The translations under genes and the position numbers were made by a program. A stretch of 64,000 bases of DNA from Chrysomallon squamiferum (taxonomy: Eukaryota > Animalia > Mollusca), in the NCBI GenBank assembly GCA_012295275.1, contig CM022673.1, positions 7,068,001-7,132,000 on the forward strand. Reading direction: 5' to 3'. Of the stretch, positions 27,657 to 42,376 are shown piece after piece. The first letter of the stretch is position 1. Every line of letters begins with the position of its first letter. The notes below the pieces were generated by a model. The model did not search any database. It was not told the origin of the DNA and worked only from the letters and a program-made list of their open reading frames with translations.

Positions 27657-27658
<2 letters not shown>

Positions 27659-28189
27659 GCTGTAACATGAGCAAATAATTTTCTCGACGAAAGCGTGGAG
27701 TTGTTCAAATACGAGTAAATCTAATTTATGTTTTCATTTCGTCGTCAGAGATTATTGGTAACACAGGCATCATCAGTTCGGTACTGTGAACAATGGCTGG
27801 AAATCACCGGACGTCTTGTTATCTCGTTAACAGTAAGTGCTTTAATGGCACCTGTTTCTTTTTGTCGTTTAAACCCACGTAACGGCCTATGTTCAAGCGC
27901 CTCTCACCATCTTAATCATAATTTATCTCGCAGATTCGTGACATGAATCTAAAATCGTTAAAACAATAAAAAAAGAAAAATTAAAAAAATGTTTTATATT
28001 TCCAGCTAACGATAAGTTTGATGACAACAATAGAGGGCGAGGAATGCCAGTCAAAGGAGGGTGGTGGTGGTGGGGGGGCAGGCAGGACAGATCAGTTCAT
28101 ATCGAGTGTTTCGTTTAAAGTAACCAACAGTTTTATTGGAATATTTATTCTGTTTTGAAGGCTTTGTTATATTCAGTAATTTTAAGTCT

Positions 28190-28232
<43 letters not shown>

Positions 28233-28796
28233 CTTATTTATTTGCTTATTTACTTATTTTTGTTTATTTATTATTTTATTTTATTTTACTTTATTTTATT
28301 TTTTTTATTTTACGTATTAAATAGATCATTTAATGTTAGTATATTAGTTGCCTTATTTAAAGTGACTAATATTTGTTTTTTTCCTTGAAAATTAACATTT
28401 GTGTAAGCTGCTGTGAATAAATAGCAGTATAAAACAGCTTAAAACGCATTTGGATATAGGCCATTATAAAGTTGTTTTATTATTGATTATTATAATAATA
28501 TCGCAACTGAACAATACTTCACCTTGTAACAGATTTAGTAACCAATTCATATTCATGTACCTGTATTTGCTTTTTTTCTGTCTATATGCAACGTAAATTC
28601 AGATAAATATTCTATTCATCGAATACTAAAACTATGACAGACCAAGCATTTAAGAAATTGCCGACATTCTTCATTGTGAAGTATATAAATTAAGTATTCA
28701 GGATGAAATAAATTTCTTTACAACAACAACAACATCAATAATAAAAACAAAAATAATTTAAAGTATAGCAGCAACAATAACAATAACAACAACAAC

Positions 28797-28990
28797 CACT
28801 ACTACTACGACTACTACTACTACAACTACTACTACTACTACAACTACTACTACTACTACAATTTCTACTACTACTACTACTACTACTACAATTTCTACTA
28901 CTACTACAATTTCTACTACTACTACTACTACTACAATTTCTACTATTACTACTACTATTACTACAATTTCTACTACTACAATTTCTATTA
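28797..28990. repeat. (CTA)n repeat with recurring CAATTT interruptions
   Basis: Directly visible; CTACAATTTCTA recurs five times. Confidence 0.93.
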
Positions 28991-29699
28991 TTAATTATAA
29001 TTGAAAGAAGAAAATAAATAGATGACGGCACTAAGAAGATGTCTTATGAGTGACTAGTATCTATTATTAAGACGAAGCCATACAATGAACAACACTCATG
29101 AAAACCTTAACCTTTTATTCATGTCTCCTTTAATCACACATGTTTCACTGAGCAGGAACCAAGTTCATCTTTCTGTTTCTCTGTATCGCTACTATTACGT
29201 TCCAGATCCGCGCGACTACAGCATACAATAAAGTTATACTAGAAATCCCTTTGGAAAAAGAAGAAGAAGAAGAAGAAGAAGAAGAAAAGAAAGTCACAAA
29301 CCAACGGACGTATTAAATAACAAGCTCTTTACACACCAGAGTAAGTTAAGAAATTTAGCTTAGACCAGAATCTCCCGGGGAAAGAAAACGTGGCCCAATT
29401 TCCAGCGAATTTGAAAGAGAGAATTAGCGCAATAGCGCCGTCTCCAGTATCGAAGAAATGAGAAAAACTAATTTGAAAACGTTCTGAAGCATTATAAATC
29501 TTTTCTCAACCGTTTATTGGCAAGAACCTTTTTGTACCGTTGTCAAAAAAAGAAAAAAAGAAAAAAAGAAAAAGATGTTAAAATTTTTATAATATTAGTA
29601 TTTATTCTGATTTTATTGTAATGTTTGTTATTTAGAACATTTCCAGTGTTACTGTTAATTCTGTTGTTGTTTATATTATTATTAGTATTATTTTTGTTG

Positions 29700-29802
29700 C
29701 TTTATTATTATTATTATTATCATAATCATTATCAATATCACCATCATTATTATCATCATCATTATTATTATTATTACTGTTATTATCATAATCATTATCA
29801 AT

Positions 29803-29837
<35 letters not shown>

Positions 29838-29868
29838 TATTATTATTATTACTATTATTATCATTATC
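29700..29868. repeat. (ATT)n/(ATC)n trinucleotide repeat
   Basis: Directly visible. Confidence 0.93.
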
Positions 29869-30119
29869 AAAAAAAATCCATTTACAATAAGCTGTCGTGA
29901 ACGAAAGGAAACCAGGCGGATATTATTAATATAAATTTACTATCGATTATTTGACTCCAGTTGACGGAACATGATATTTCAATATGACAGTTTAATAAAG
30001 AAGTATATCTGCAGAGTTATCATGCTATTTATCAGTCAGTCGTAAATAATGTTCATTTCGATTACTTCATTATTACATTACATTACACTACACTACTTCA
30101 TATCATCTTATGTAATCAC

Positions 30120-30330
30120 TTTCTAATTAAGGTTAAAATACATAGTTTCTCGTATCGTTAATTTCTCTAACCAAACACTGATAAAAAACCATATTACTCG
30201 GGGTTTACTACAAAAAATGTATCTAATTAAGGTTAAAGTACACATTCCCTCATTTTATTATTTCTGAGTCACTTTGACACGACATACTAAAATGCAGGTA
30301 TTCTGTAATTCAGGTTAATTTACGTAATTT
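30120..30330. repeat. Degenerate ~90-100 bp tandem repeat
   Basis: CTAATTAAGGTTAAA at ~30123 and ~30222, and a decayed GTAATTCAGGTTAA at ~30305. Confidence 0.55.
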
Positions 30331-30427
30331 CGTATAATTATTATTCTGACTAATGAACACCTGAAAATTAACCAAGTATTCTGTGTTTAAACTTAATTCA
30401 GTATATGGTGACATTATTATTTTACAG

Positions 30428-30586
<159 letters not shown>

Positions 30587-32273
30587 TTACTCCTGTTTTG
30601 ACTTAACGTTTAGAAATATCGCAGAATGCGGGTTTCATCAAATAATAGAAAGAAATAGGTAACTGTCAAAAAAAACTTTCTATACAAACAAAACTAACGT
30701 TTTCAGAATTTAATAGCACATTCTGTCTCGTTATGAAAGGACTAGGCTATGTAAACTTATGACTTGTGAACTGGTTCTTGCAGTGTTGTAACTATAATAC
30801 TCATATACTGCAAAATTCTGTTGTTCTATCTTAATTTGATATCTGTAGCTGTTTCATATTTAGACTATACCTTGGCTATTTTAATTTTTTCAGTTTTATT
30901 TTTTATTGACCTAAACAGAAAATGGAACTTGCAGTTATTTTTTTACAAATATTTTTACTGATATTGATAAATTTTAATTTTTCCTCAAGCAATCACTGCA
31001 TATATACAAAAAAAAAAAAAAAAAAAATCGAATAGCTTCCATAAAATGTCAAAATCAGTAATAATAATAAACATAACAAACGTAATAATAATAATGATTA
31101 TGATGATGATGATGATGATGATGATGATTATAACAACACCCCTATACCCCTAGCCCTGGACCACTGACTGTTGCAGACTCATTTAATGAAACAGCTCAAC
31201 AGCGTAATAACGTTTTTGCATGTCTGATGAAAACGATTTCCAAAAGCCAAGAAGCGGACAAATCGTATGCGATTCCTGTTGGTGGTCTCACGCAATCGTT
31301 TCCCTGCTTTTGCGATTCCTGGCAATTTCTGTGCGGTTCGAAGACAATAAAAGGATTCTCTTCTGTTATTAGTTTGTCAGAAAAAATTCACCCCCAGACA
31401 GCTTAATAGAAAATAAAAACAATTTAAATCTTCTTTTTTTTTAAATCACCAGCACAGGACAGGCCTCCAGAATCGATAAGGTTTACGGTAACAACGACGG
31501 TGCAGTGAGGTGAAAGATAACTCGAGCAGATGAGTTCTTGAACTTCAGCTCACTAAAGCAAACGTTAGCGGGTCGTAAAACTCGACATTAAAGGGCAAAA
31601 CATCCCGTTTTAAGTGTTTCACATAAAATCGACAGATTTGCCCCAAACTCGTAAAATGTCACGTGAAGCCTTTTACCTGTGATTTGTGGCCAATTTTGCA
31701 AGATTTCAGGCCAGGACTGAAATTGGCGAAAATTATCGTTCACCCGATTTCAGAGGTTAACATGTACGAGAGAGACGTCGAGTTTTATCAGATATTTGGT
31801 TACAGTTAACTTGCAGGCTCACATTTCTGACAGAATACATTTATCTTGAACTTATTCTCTTTAAAGGATATTAAATCAGTTACTGATATAGCAGTGATCA
31901 TCATTAGCATCATTTATCTTAAGCGTTAAGATTAATATAGGATCTTGATGATGACCGTCAGCTTATCATCATCATCATCTTCATTCTGATTGTTTTTGCT
32001 GTTGTTTTTTTCTGTTATTGTTGTTGTTGTTGTTATTATTATTAATATATTTTGTTGTTGGTTGTGTTATTATTATTGTTGTTGTTCTTGTTGTAGTTGT
32101 AGTTGTTATTCATCTTCTTGTTCTTGTTCTTTTCTTCTTCTTCTTCTTCTTCTTATTATTTTATTAGTATTGTTACAGTTGTTGATATGGTTGTTTTTGC
32201 TACTAAATCAGTAAATTTAATCGAATGTTTAAAAGGAATAAAACAGATTATTGAGTCTTTAACCGAAAGTTCG

Positions 32274-32311
32274 TTTTTGTGTTTAACAATAACCAGTACA
32301 AGACAAAAATA

Positions 32312-32343
<32 letters not shown>

Positions 32344-32530
32344 AGTAAAAATAAATAAATAAATAAATAAAACCCCCAAAATCTAAATTTTTTAATTTAT
32401 GGGAAGATGGACATGAAAGATGATTTTTGTGTTTAACAATAACGATTACAAGGCAAAAATGATAAAAATTTAAAAAAAATTTAAAATATTAGTTTTTTTC
32501 AATTTATGATTAGGCGGACATGAAAGATGG
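32274..32530. repeat. Local tandem duplication (2 copies)
   Basis: TTTTTGTGTTTAACAATAAC...TACAAG.CAAAAAT and GGACATGAAAGATG each occur twice in the same order; copy 1 has an expanded (AAAT)n. Confidence 0.8.
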
Positions 32531-33999
32531 GAAGCTCTAATTAAATTCAAAAATTCATTTGAAAGAAACTACATCAGAATTTGAAATTTACAATAACCGT
32601 GAAACATTGCTTAATTATTTCATTAGTGTTAACTGACTATAATGATTCGGTGAATGGATTCAACCCCTACTTACAAACATTCGAGTTACTAACTTCAGTT
32701 TGCAACACATCAAACACAGACTGTATTCTGTGACTATGGCAGGATCGCTGTTCCATTACTGGATTGTATTACGTTCATTTTGTTATCTTAGTATGATGTG
32801 TATCGATTTTGAATATAAATGTTTCGACAGAGTTAAAAGATAACCAAAAAATCTAATTTCTGGGTGAAAATTTCAAATGAAATAAGATTTACGACATTTT
32901 TGTAGAATTACACGAAATCATTAGATCACTTTAGCTAACGATACCTAAAATTGAAAATGTTGGTGGTTTTTGTGTGGGTTTCTGGATAGCTGATTTTATT
33001 GGAAATAAATTCATTTTCCTGTTAAATTTTATGTTACCGAGAAATGAGAAATGATTTAGTTGAGAACATTCAGACTGTTACAAGTAGTAAACAAAATTCA
33101 TTAAAAATACATTCAAAATTTTAATCCGTCATAAAAAAAAAAAAAAAAAGAGAAATGTTTTTACTGAAAATGTCCAGAGCCGACTAAAACATAAACAAAA
33201 AATAATAATAATGATTATGATGATGATGATGATGATGATGGTGATGATAATAATAATAATAATAATAAAGCATCAACTTCTGTTTTATTTTATTATCAAA
33301 ATAAAACTCCAAAAGAGAAATGTTTAATTCAAAACATCGCTGAACCAGCAGTCACAGATCGATATAATTATAGCATACACGACACGAAGTGCAGTTCGAG
33401 AGAGTAAGCGAAATCTTTGTAATTCAACATCATTATATCAATCACACGTCTTTTACGAAGATGATTTTTATAACGTGTTATCAGGCACACAGTAAATTAT
33501 CCTCAATCGTCTTGATAACCTCCATAGTCATCAGAGATACGAAAAAAACAACACCAAAAAAAACACAAAAAAAAAAAAAAAAAACAAACAAAAAAACCAA
33601 CAACTGCACATTCCCTCCCATCTCGTTTAGTATATTACAGTTATCTGTAGTAATCAGACAGTTAAACAGTTCACCCGGTGTCATATAAATGATTAACACA
33701 CACACAGCACAGTGCAGAGTACATTGCTTTTTTATGACGCAAAAGGCGTACGCAGATTTCATTATTGCCCATATCTTTAATGAAGAGATTTGTTTTTTTA
33801 CTTTCACTTCTGCGATTCTGCGTCTCTTCCGAAGTGCGAGATTGCTAGACGGCAGGATTAAGGAAGCTCGAGGAGAGTAATTGGTAGCCGGAGCAGTTCA
33901 AGCATTTTAGGTTTAGGGTTACTGTGTGACGAGATATTTATAACAGTATTTGTCATATTAAAATCTTAAGTTATTAAAATCTTATACTTCCTATAGCAT

Positions 34000-34051
<52 letters not shown>

Positions 34052-34519
34052 TTATGATCATGACGATAACAATGATGACCGTGACACTGATGATGATGAT
34101 GATAATAAAAGACTTTAAGACTATGGACTCATAGGGGTACATTTCAAATATTAAATAATTACAATGGACAAGTGGTATATATGGAAGGTGGACAATTAAA
34201 TGTGTTGAACAATGAATTTTCATTTTTTACGGAGTTCTTTTCTATTCTGAATTGCTTGTGATGCACCTCCAACATCTGGTTTCACAACTCTGCCGATATA
34301 GCCTTGCACATGCAGTTATAATCATCATATAATTTTGACATGAGCTGACAACATTTTTAATTTTTTTGCATCACATCAGTAGATGCTAATTAGGTGACTT
34401 ATTTATAGCACTACTAACAGCGTAAAAACAAAAGCTGTCTAACACATACTTACCGTTTTACTAATTAACTTTAGATAAAACGAAAAACAAACAAACAAAC
34501 AAACAAACAAACAAACAAA

Positions 34520-34554
<35 letters not shown>

Positions 34555-35001
34555 AAGGAGAAAAGAATAAGGTTATGAAAAAGAAGAAGAATAGAAAAAA
34601 AAAAAACCCCTTTCCTTTCAGGTCGCAGAGATACTAGTATTCCCCAAAGTCACTATTGCAAGAAATTTGTCGAAGCTTGGTTAATCGTACCGTGCATGAC
34701 GCAAACATGTGTTTGATGAAAGTGTGTTAACGATGCCGAATCATGCCATCGATTATCAGATGTCTGGTGTACATCATCTGTCTTGTCGTCATTACTTTGA
34801 CAAAGTGGACAGGCGCAGTGTATTGGAAATCTCAATTGTAATTGGTCGTGATGTATAGATGTTTTGACATCTTGCCGACATTTATTGTAACATGCGTGAA
34901 AGGAATTTTGCAGTATAATGTTAACTGTTTTGTGACTGTCCATGATAGCGTTATAGAAATGTTTTTTTTTTCAAGTACGAACAAATATCTAGTAGGAGAC
35001 A

Positions 35002-35178
<177 letters not shown>

Positions 35179-35469
35179 TAATAATAATGATGATGTCGAT
35201 GATGATGATGATGACGAAACAGCCACACAGAAGGAGACAGACAGAGAGAGAGAGAGAGAGGGTATGATGTTAATAACATTTTCGCTCACAGAAACACGTA
35301 AAAACAAAGAGAAAAAAGAAGAATGTACATCAGCATTTCGTAGGTATATGTTATACCTACATATTGATTAGTTGATTATTTTCACTTCTTCTCTGACACC
35401 TATCAGTATTGTTTTACATTATTTGTAATGTCATATAAATGATCTTAAAAATTAAAAATATATATATAA

Positions 35470-35503
<34 letters not shown>

Positions 35504-35762
35504 GTAGTAGTAGTAGTAGTAGTAGCAGTAGTAGTAATAGTAGTAGTAGTAGTAGTATTTAACAAATATAGAGGTAAAAATAAATGAAATCGTTAATTAA
35601 TGTACACCGGAGTATGTGTTTTAAATAAATTTCCTACTGCCTGTTTTTAACTGATGATCCCAAACGTATTTTTTAAGAATTTAAAATTAAAATATAAATA
35701 TGAAAGGATGAACGATATTTGTTTAACCATAAACCAGTACATCTTAATATTATAGATTATTA

Positions 35763-35801
<39 letters not shown>

Positions 35802-36054
35802 CTTTAATGTTAATCCTATGACAGGAAAAAATATCTTCTGTCATAGTTCCAAGGGTTATTCTTTTTGGCTAATAGTAAAACCTCTGTTAGGCACGTCAAC
35901 AAAGGATAAGTATGTAACACAGTTTCTTATACATAATTTATTGAGCATTAGTTGGAACGGAATTAGATCAGCATACACTCTAAGAGGATTTATTTTGTTA
36001 TCCGTGATCTGTCTTTCATTCTTTTCTTTTTTTTGCCTTGAGTTTCAGCTAAAG

Positions 36055-36094
<40 letters not shown>

Positions 36095-38274
36095 AGCCTT
36101 AACATTTTATCTTTGCGATAATTAATAGCACAGATTCTGAAAGTTTGTTTGCTGCATTTTAAATAATGCATGTGGCAATTATTAGTACTCGTTGTTTACC
36201 GGAGATATTGACAGCAAATGAAGAGAGTAGACATTTCGCATTTCTCCTGCGTTGATTCATTTCCTCTTCAATGACAATCACCTGCAAGTTTGGGGTATTT
36301 GTTATGAAAAACTCGTGTGTGTTTATTAAGGGGAAATTGGATTTCTAACACACGTGTTATAATTCTTCGGAGAGATAAAAACACGACCGTTGATCGGAAC
36401 ATCTTAAATTTGTTACCTGTATGTAACAGTACTATGTGAAGTAAGAAAATAACCTACTTTCAAGTGAAACATTAAATGACGTATATTTAAATTTTATGTA
36501 CCTTTTACGCATTTATATATTCAAGAAACAGAAGGAGAGAAAGAAAGAAAAACAGATAGATAGCTAGATAGATAGATAGAAAAATAGATAACCTGATAGG
36601 TAAGTAGGTATATATAAAGATAGGGAGAGATAATTATGTTGTATGGCAGTACTATTATAATACATTTGTTTGCAGCTAAAACCAGTAACGTGTCTCCAGA
36701 ATAATAATTTATTTTTTATTTTCGGTATCCTAAAAAAAAAATAATATTATTTTATTCTAAAACAATCTTTCGTTTGAAAGCTTGAACGCAAATCATCGCT
36801 TTAGGCATTCCTATGTTGTCTTTTTATTTATTTTTTTAAAATTATTATCTTCATAGCATGCTGGAATAATTTCAAGGAACTAGAGATTAATTATTGATTC
36901 CATCAGGAAACAACAACAAAAACAACAACAAAAAAAAAAAAATCCAAATTTTGTTTCATACAGCTAACGGCTTATCAAATGACACATACTAATATTTCAG
37001 TCAACTTTTCATCCGTCACCTAACGGTGTGTAACTGCTCTTTAAATACCTCCATCCCTAACATCGCTCTCCCGTTACGCTACAGATTGTTACGCTGTCTG
37101 TTTTTAACGGTAAACGATTACTAATTAAAGCTCTTTGTGTATCATTAAACTCATACTTGTGATCAATACAGTCTCACTGTTCATCACAGTCGTCTTCCAT
37201 TGACCTGGTTGTTCAATTAAGAACTATACAGTCGTGTTTTGTTTTCAGCTAAAACCGTGACACGCGTGTTTATATAGGTATGTATCGATTCGCGAAAGAA
37301 AGGCTTCAAAACACGCATCGTCCTTAACCGTTACTGAGTTAACAAACAATGGACTTCGTGACACGTGTCTTTATTAACTTTTGAAAAAAAAAAAAAAAAA
37401 AATAGGAAAAAAAGCAGAAAAGAAAGAAAGAAAGAAAGAAAGAAGAAGAAAAGTTCCACGATCACGACCCTTTATTTAATCAGTTAAAATAATTATATGC
37501 TGGTATATAAAAATAGTACCTGGAAATGGGCTAAAGTGATAAAGTAAAAAAAAAAAAAAAATTTCCCACGCACGTTTGAACAATTATAACGAAGGCTACG
37601 GTGAAAGAAGAAACAAGTTTAACAACAATTAAATATAAAAAATAGTGTTAATGAAATTAAGTGTGTATGTTTAATAAAGCATCACATTCAAGTGAGTACG
37701 GACACAGACTTGAAATGTTTTTAACGTCAGATTATCAGATCATTTACCATCAGTACGAATATTAAACACTCGTCTGTGATACTGGATATCTGAACCAGGA
37801 AAGTGATAGAGTTATACAGGCTGAGAATAACGATCCTCTCTCTTGTTTCTTTCTTTTTTTAATTTTTTTTTATTATTATTATTATTTTTTTTATATATCA
37901 GATGTTTAAAATGTAAAACAGTAAACAATTAATAACGTTAGGTATCTGTTTCGCATTCTGTGCATCGTATATCGAAAGATTTATTGTTACAGAAGTCAAA
38001 CTGTTGGTCTAACAGTTGTGGAGCGATTGATTAATATTCACGAGAAATCATCTCAACTCACACTGAAGCTAACGATGTCTTGTCACGAATTCCGCTATAA
38101 ATGGTTCTTTATCATATTTCACACATATGGGGCTTGTATTTCACATAAAAGTCTCGAAGGAAAACTGGTTAGGCCAACGGCCAAATACTTGACATGTCCT
38201 TCGAACGTATCCAAAAATATCCAGTTTTCCTAAACAAATTTTCGATTAATACCCAACAACAACGACAGCCGTTG

Positions 38275-38450
38275 TAATAATAAACATTAAGAACAACAGC
38301 ATAAGTAATAATAGACATTAACAAGAACATAAATAAAAATTACCATTAACAACAACATAAGTAATAATAAACATTAACAACAACATAAGTAATAGTAACC
38401 ATTAACAACAACGTAAGCAATGACAACCATTAATGACAAGATAAGTAACA
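38275..38450. repeat. AT-rich ~24-30 bp minisatellite
   Basis: Recurring unit resembling TAATAATAAACATTAACAACAACATAAG. Confidence 0.75.
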
Positions 38451-40506
38451 GTTGCAGTAGTTCATTGATTTTAATGATTATAACTGATGACGAAGATGAA
38501 ATTATAATAAACGATAATTTGTTCATTACTTAACAGAAATTTCATATATTTTTCTAGGTGTTGTTTTTTTTTTTTTTTTTTTTTTTTAGATTAATAGATT
38601 TCCAAAAAATACTTCTATTTTTTTCATATTATAATAATGATGATGATGATTATGATAGTGTTGATAATGTTAAGGAGCAGAAGAAGAAGAAAAAGAAAAC
38701 GAAAGAAAAAAAGAAGATAAAAGATAACAGCAACGATTTCAACAACAACAAAACAACAACAACAATCATCACTGTAACAGACGCAGTAACGATCACGGTC
38801 ATACATACGACAAAGAAAACAGTGATGATAATTATGCTAACATAAGAACAAGAAAACGACGTTTATTTATTCATTCCTTTTAAAAAGAATAACGTCACTG
38901 AAAAAGCAAAAAGGTAGACTACAAAAATACAGGAAATGGGAACAACAATAGAAGACATGCTGTAAGACTCTTTCTCATCAACCTGACATTTGGCTGACTT
39001 GATGGAAGATGAAACAAAAATAAAAACTGTGCCATTGTTCGAGATTGGTAGATTTTTAAGAGAAAGTTAATCGATTTGGCGTCTTCTTTTTCATTTACAT
39101 CTAATGGACAATTCTTATTATGTACTCGAGAGCAAGCATATTTTTAGCCTGTAATTTACTGACTTCCTAGCAACGCAAGGTAAAGGGTGGGCCAGTGGTA
39201 ATACGTAGACAGATAGGAACTGTATTGCTATTTCAGATTTATGCTGTTTATGGAAGAAATTGGTTTATATCGTTTCAGACAACAGCTTAATTCAGTTTAG
39301 CTCTAGTCAAACTGAATTATTACTTTACTAAATATATAACGTGAACAAAATTATTTCAGTATTGGTGTTGATCGTGAATGTTTCTTAGTTATTTGAGATG
39401 TAAGTTCATTAAGAAATAAAAATAAAATGAAATAAAATAAAGAAGAAACTGACTGAGTATTATTATCAGTATATAAAAAGGTTTACTTGTTTTAAAGTTT
39501 ATTTTTGCATAGATGTTACTTATATGAGGTTTCTCATTTTGGTATTATTATTATTTATTTATTTTTGGCAGAAAAGCCATTACAACATACATACATGCAT
39601 AAACAAATACATGCATTAATACATACACACATACACACACATATATGTATGTATGTATATGTGTATATGTGTATATATATATATATATGCATACATACAT
39701 ATATAGATAGGTACTTACAAATACATACATGCATGCATATACATACACCCACAAACGTACACATGTATTTATGTATATTATACGAAAATGTTAGAACTCA
39801 AACTTCCATCGTAATGCAGTGATCTTAAACAGTAAATTGGCTATTAGAAATCAGACTATTTTATTTGTTCCTTGAATTAATATTACAGTAAAATTATTTT
39901 TATGAACAAAATATATTTCCAGTGCTTTATACCAACCGTTTTGAGCCAGTTCTGTTTTGGTCATTAGTTTTGCAGTTATAGTTTTTTTTTTTTTTTTTTC
40001 GTGTATTTTTTTTGTGTGATTAAATATCAGATAACATTTTAATCGATGAAATTAACTTCCAGTTGAGGCACTAGTATACTTTTTTTTTTCCTTATCCGTA
40101 AAATGAGAGATTTACAATTTTACACTGAACTCAAAAGTCGACTTCAGGTTGCATGTACCTAGTGACCGAAACGTTGTAATCGTGTTTTGTTTTTAGCATT
40201 TCCCCACAGAAACGTATTCAGTTAAGAGTCTACATTTAAGGCTTTTATTGTTAATAAACCATCTATGTGTGTCATCTTTTTAAATATTGTTGCACTGTTG
40301 TCGTTCATATAACACATGAATTAAAATATCTTTAACTGCACGTCAACATACCAGTGTTATTCGGTTTTAATATTCGATTCCATTATGCCAGATAAATAGA
40401 TTAGCAATAAGAAATCTATTATATATACCATCCTACAGAGTGGAAATCATAAACAATGGTCTCTATTAAACCAGTTATAACCCCATGTGTTTTTAACCGT
40501 ACAATT

Positions 40507-40790
40507 ATGTATGAATGTATATGTCTATGTATGTATGTATTTATGTATGTATGTATGTATGTATGTATGTATGTATGTATGTATGTATGTACGTACGTAT
40601 GTGTATATATGTATATAATGTACGTATGTATGTACATGCAAGTATGCATGCTTATATATGTATCTTAGCATGAATATATGTGTGTACCTGAGAATGTATG
40701 TATGAATGAATATATTCGTGTGTGTATGTTGGCATATATGACTGTATATGTGTTTGTATGTATGTGCATGTAATTATATATATCATGTAT
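40507..40790. repeat. (TATG)n microsatellite, degenerate
   Basis: Directly visible. Confidence 0.93.
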
Positions 40791-41859
40791 GTTTGAATTT
40801 AAAATATGAACGTCTGTACTGTGCGTACATCTATGTATGTATACATACACGTAGTTGTTTACTTGTATTATTAAGACTTCTTTTCACACACGCGCACAGC
40901 ACTGTCGTCAACTTGAGATGGCGTTAGGATCTGAACCTAATCATCACGGAGTCTTATTCAATCGAACCACTAAGTCAGCTTTATACCTGTGTATATCTAT
41001 ATTTCTACATTTTTTTTTTTTCCCTCTCGCTCCAGTCTGTTCTAATCAATAGCTTTGAGCAACCAGACACACTAAGTTTATAGAACCCTTGAGGATTTCT
41101 CTCTCAGCGTTTACACACGCCACGACAATAAACAGTCCATCAAGACCTGCAATCTCTATAGACTTGCAGCAACACGCGAGTCGGTTAAAGCGTTTATCTG
41201 CCAGTATGAAAGACCAGCGACAGATACCGCACACTTACAAAGGATAAATAAATATATGATCATCTTCGGGAAGAATTAGAACAAAAAAAAAAAAAGAATA
41301 ATAATAATAACATCGAACCTTTTGGGAGTCATTTATGAAACGGTGCAAATGATTGTTTTATCAAAGGCAAAAAGGAAATTTCATTTATTTTTATTTTATT
41401 TTTATTTTTTTTAGTTCTTGGTTTTTAACGGAATAAAGTGTTTTCTCTGTTTTGCCGTGAAATGGATTGGAAGTTTTAGTTCGTTTTGATCTTGTTGAAA
41501 CTGGAACACGATGCGGTTGTTGATATTTGGTGATGATCGATCTGATTAACGAATAATAAGTTTGGACTAACTTACGCAAACATGGCTTTTTTATGTTATG
41601 CGGATTCGTTATCTACAAAAACAACAACAACAACAACAACGACAACGAAATAGATAAACAGGTTTTAAAAGCAAACAAACAGAAAACCATCACTAGCAAC
41701 AACAACAAACAAAAAAGCTGTGTCGATTATGGAATATTGGATTCATTATACATTTTAATTTTTTCCATATCTCAATCATTCATACCATTTTTTTTATTTT
41801 TTTTATTTTTATTTTTTTTTTTTTTTTCACTACATGGATATACTTAAATTAATGAGTCT

Positions 41860-42175
41860 GTCACGCTACGGTATCACGCGCGGATCGATTTCCGTCGTGT
41901 CTGCATGCATGTACGTTTTCCCCACTTCACATGTGTCAGGCTCGTGTGAAGGAATCTGCCGCTGGTGGCGCTGCATCATTCGGTGCGTCGGCATTGATCG
42001 GAAACACACGACTGCACCGGACGTTACAGTTCGAGAAGTCTGCTTCTTACGAAACCGTGTCACCCCCTCCACGTCACATGTAATGGAACTTTGTCGTGCT
42101 CAGTATGTGTTACGTTACGTTGCGGATTAATACGCTGTGAATAAGCGGTGAAGAAGCTGTAAATTAAAGGTAAGT
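41860..42175 (+). promoter_or_regulatory. CpG-rich promoter-like island ending in a consensus splice donor (candidate first exon ending at 42169)
   Basis: Among the most CpG-dense stretches of the window. CTCF-like CTGCCGCTGGTGGCGCTG 41956, CACGTCACATG ~42070, Inr-like TCAGT 42100, and donor AAG|GTAAGT at 42169/42170 followed by AT-rich sequence. Confidence 0.45.
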
Positions 42176-42238
42176 TGTTGATAGGTAAACTAAAAGCGAA
42201 GGTGTGAACAGAAGAAGATCTAAAATCGATTTAACCAG

Positions 42239-42289
<51 letters not shown>

Positions 42290-42345
42290 TTAAATTATTA
42301 TTATTGTTTAATTAATAACATTATATGTAGTGAAACTCACATCGT

Positions 42346-42376
<31 letters not shown>

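Noticed and set aside
31460-31758. Possible MITE with imperfect TIRs (CCTCCAGAATCG / CGATTTCAGAGG)
   Set aside because: The inverted match is short and imperfect, and no target-site duplication is visible.
33906-33921. TTAGG/TTAGGG telomere-like words
   Set aside because: Only two imperfect units; expected by chance.
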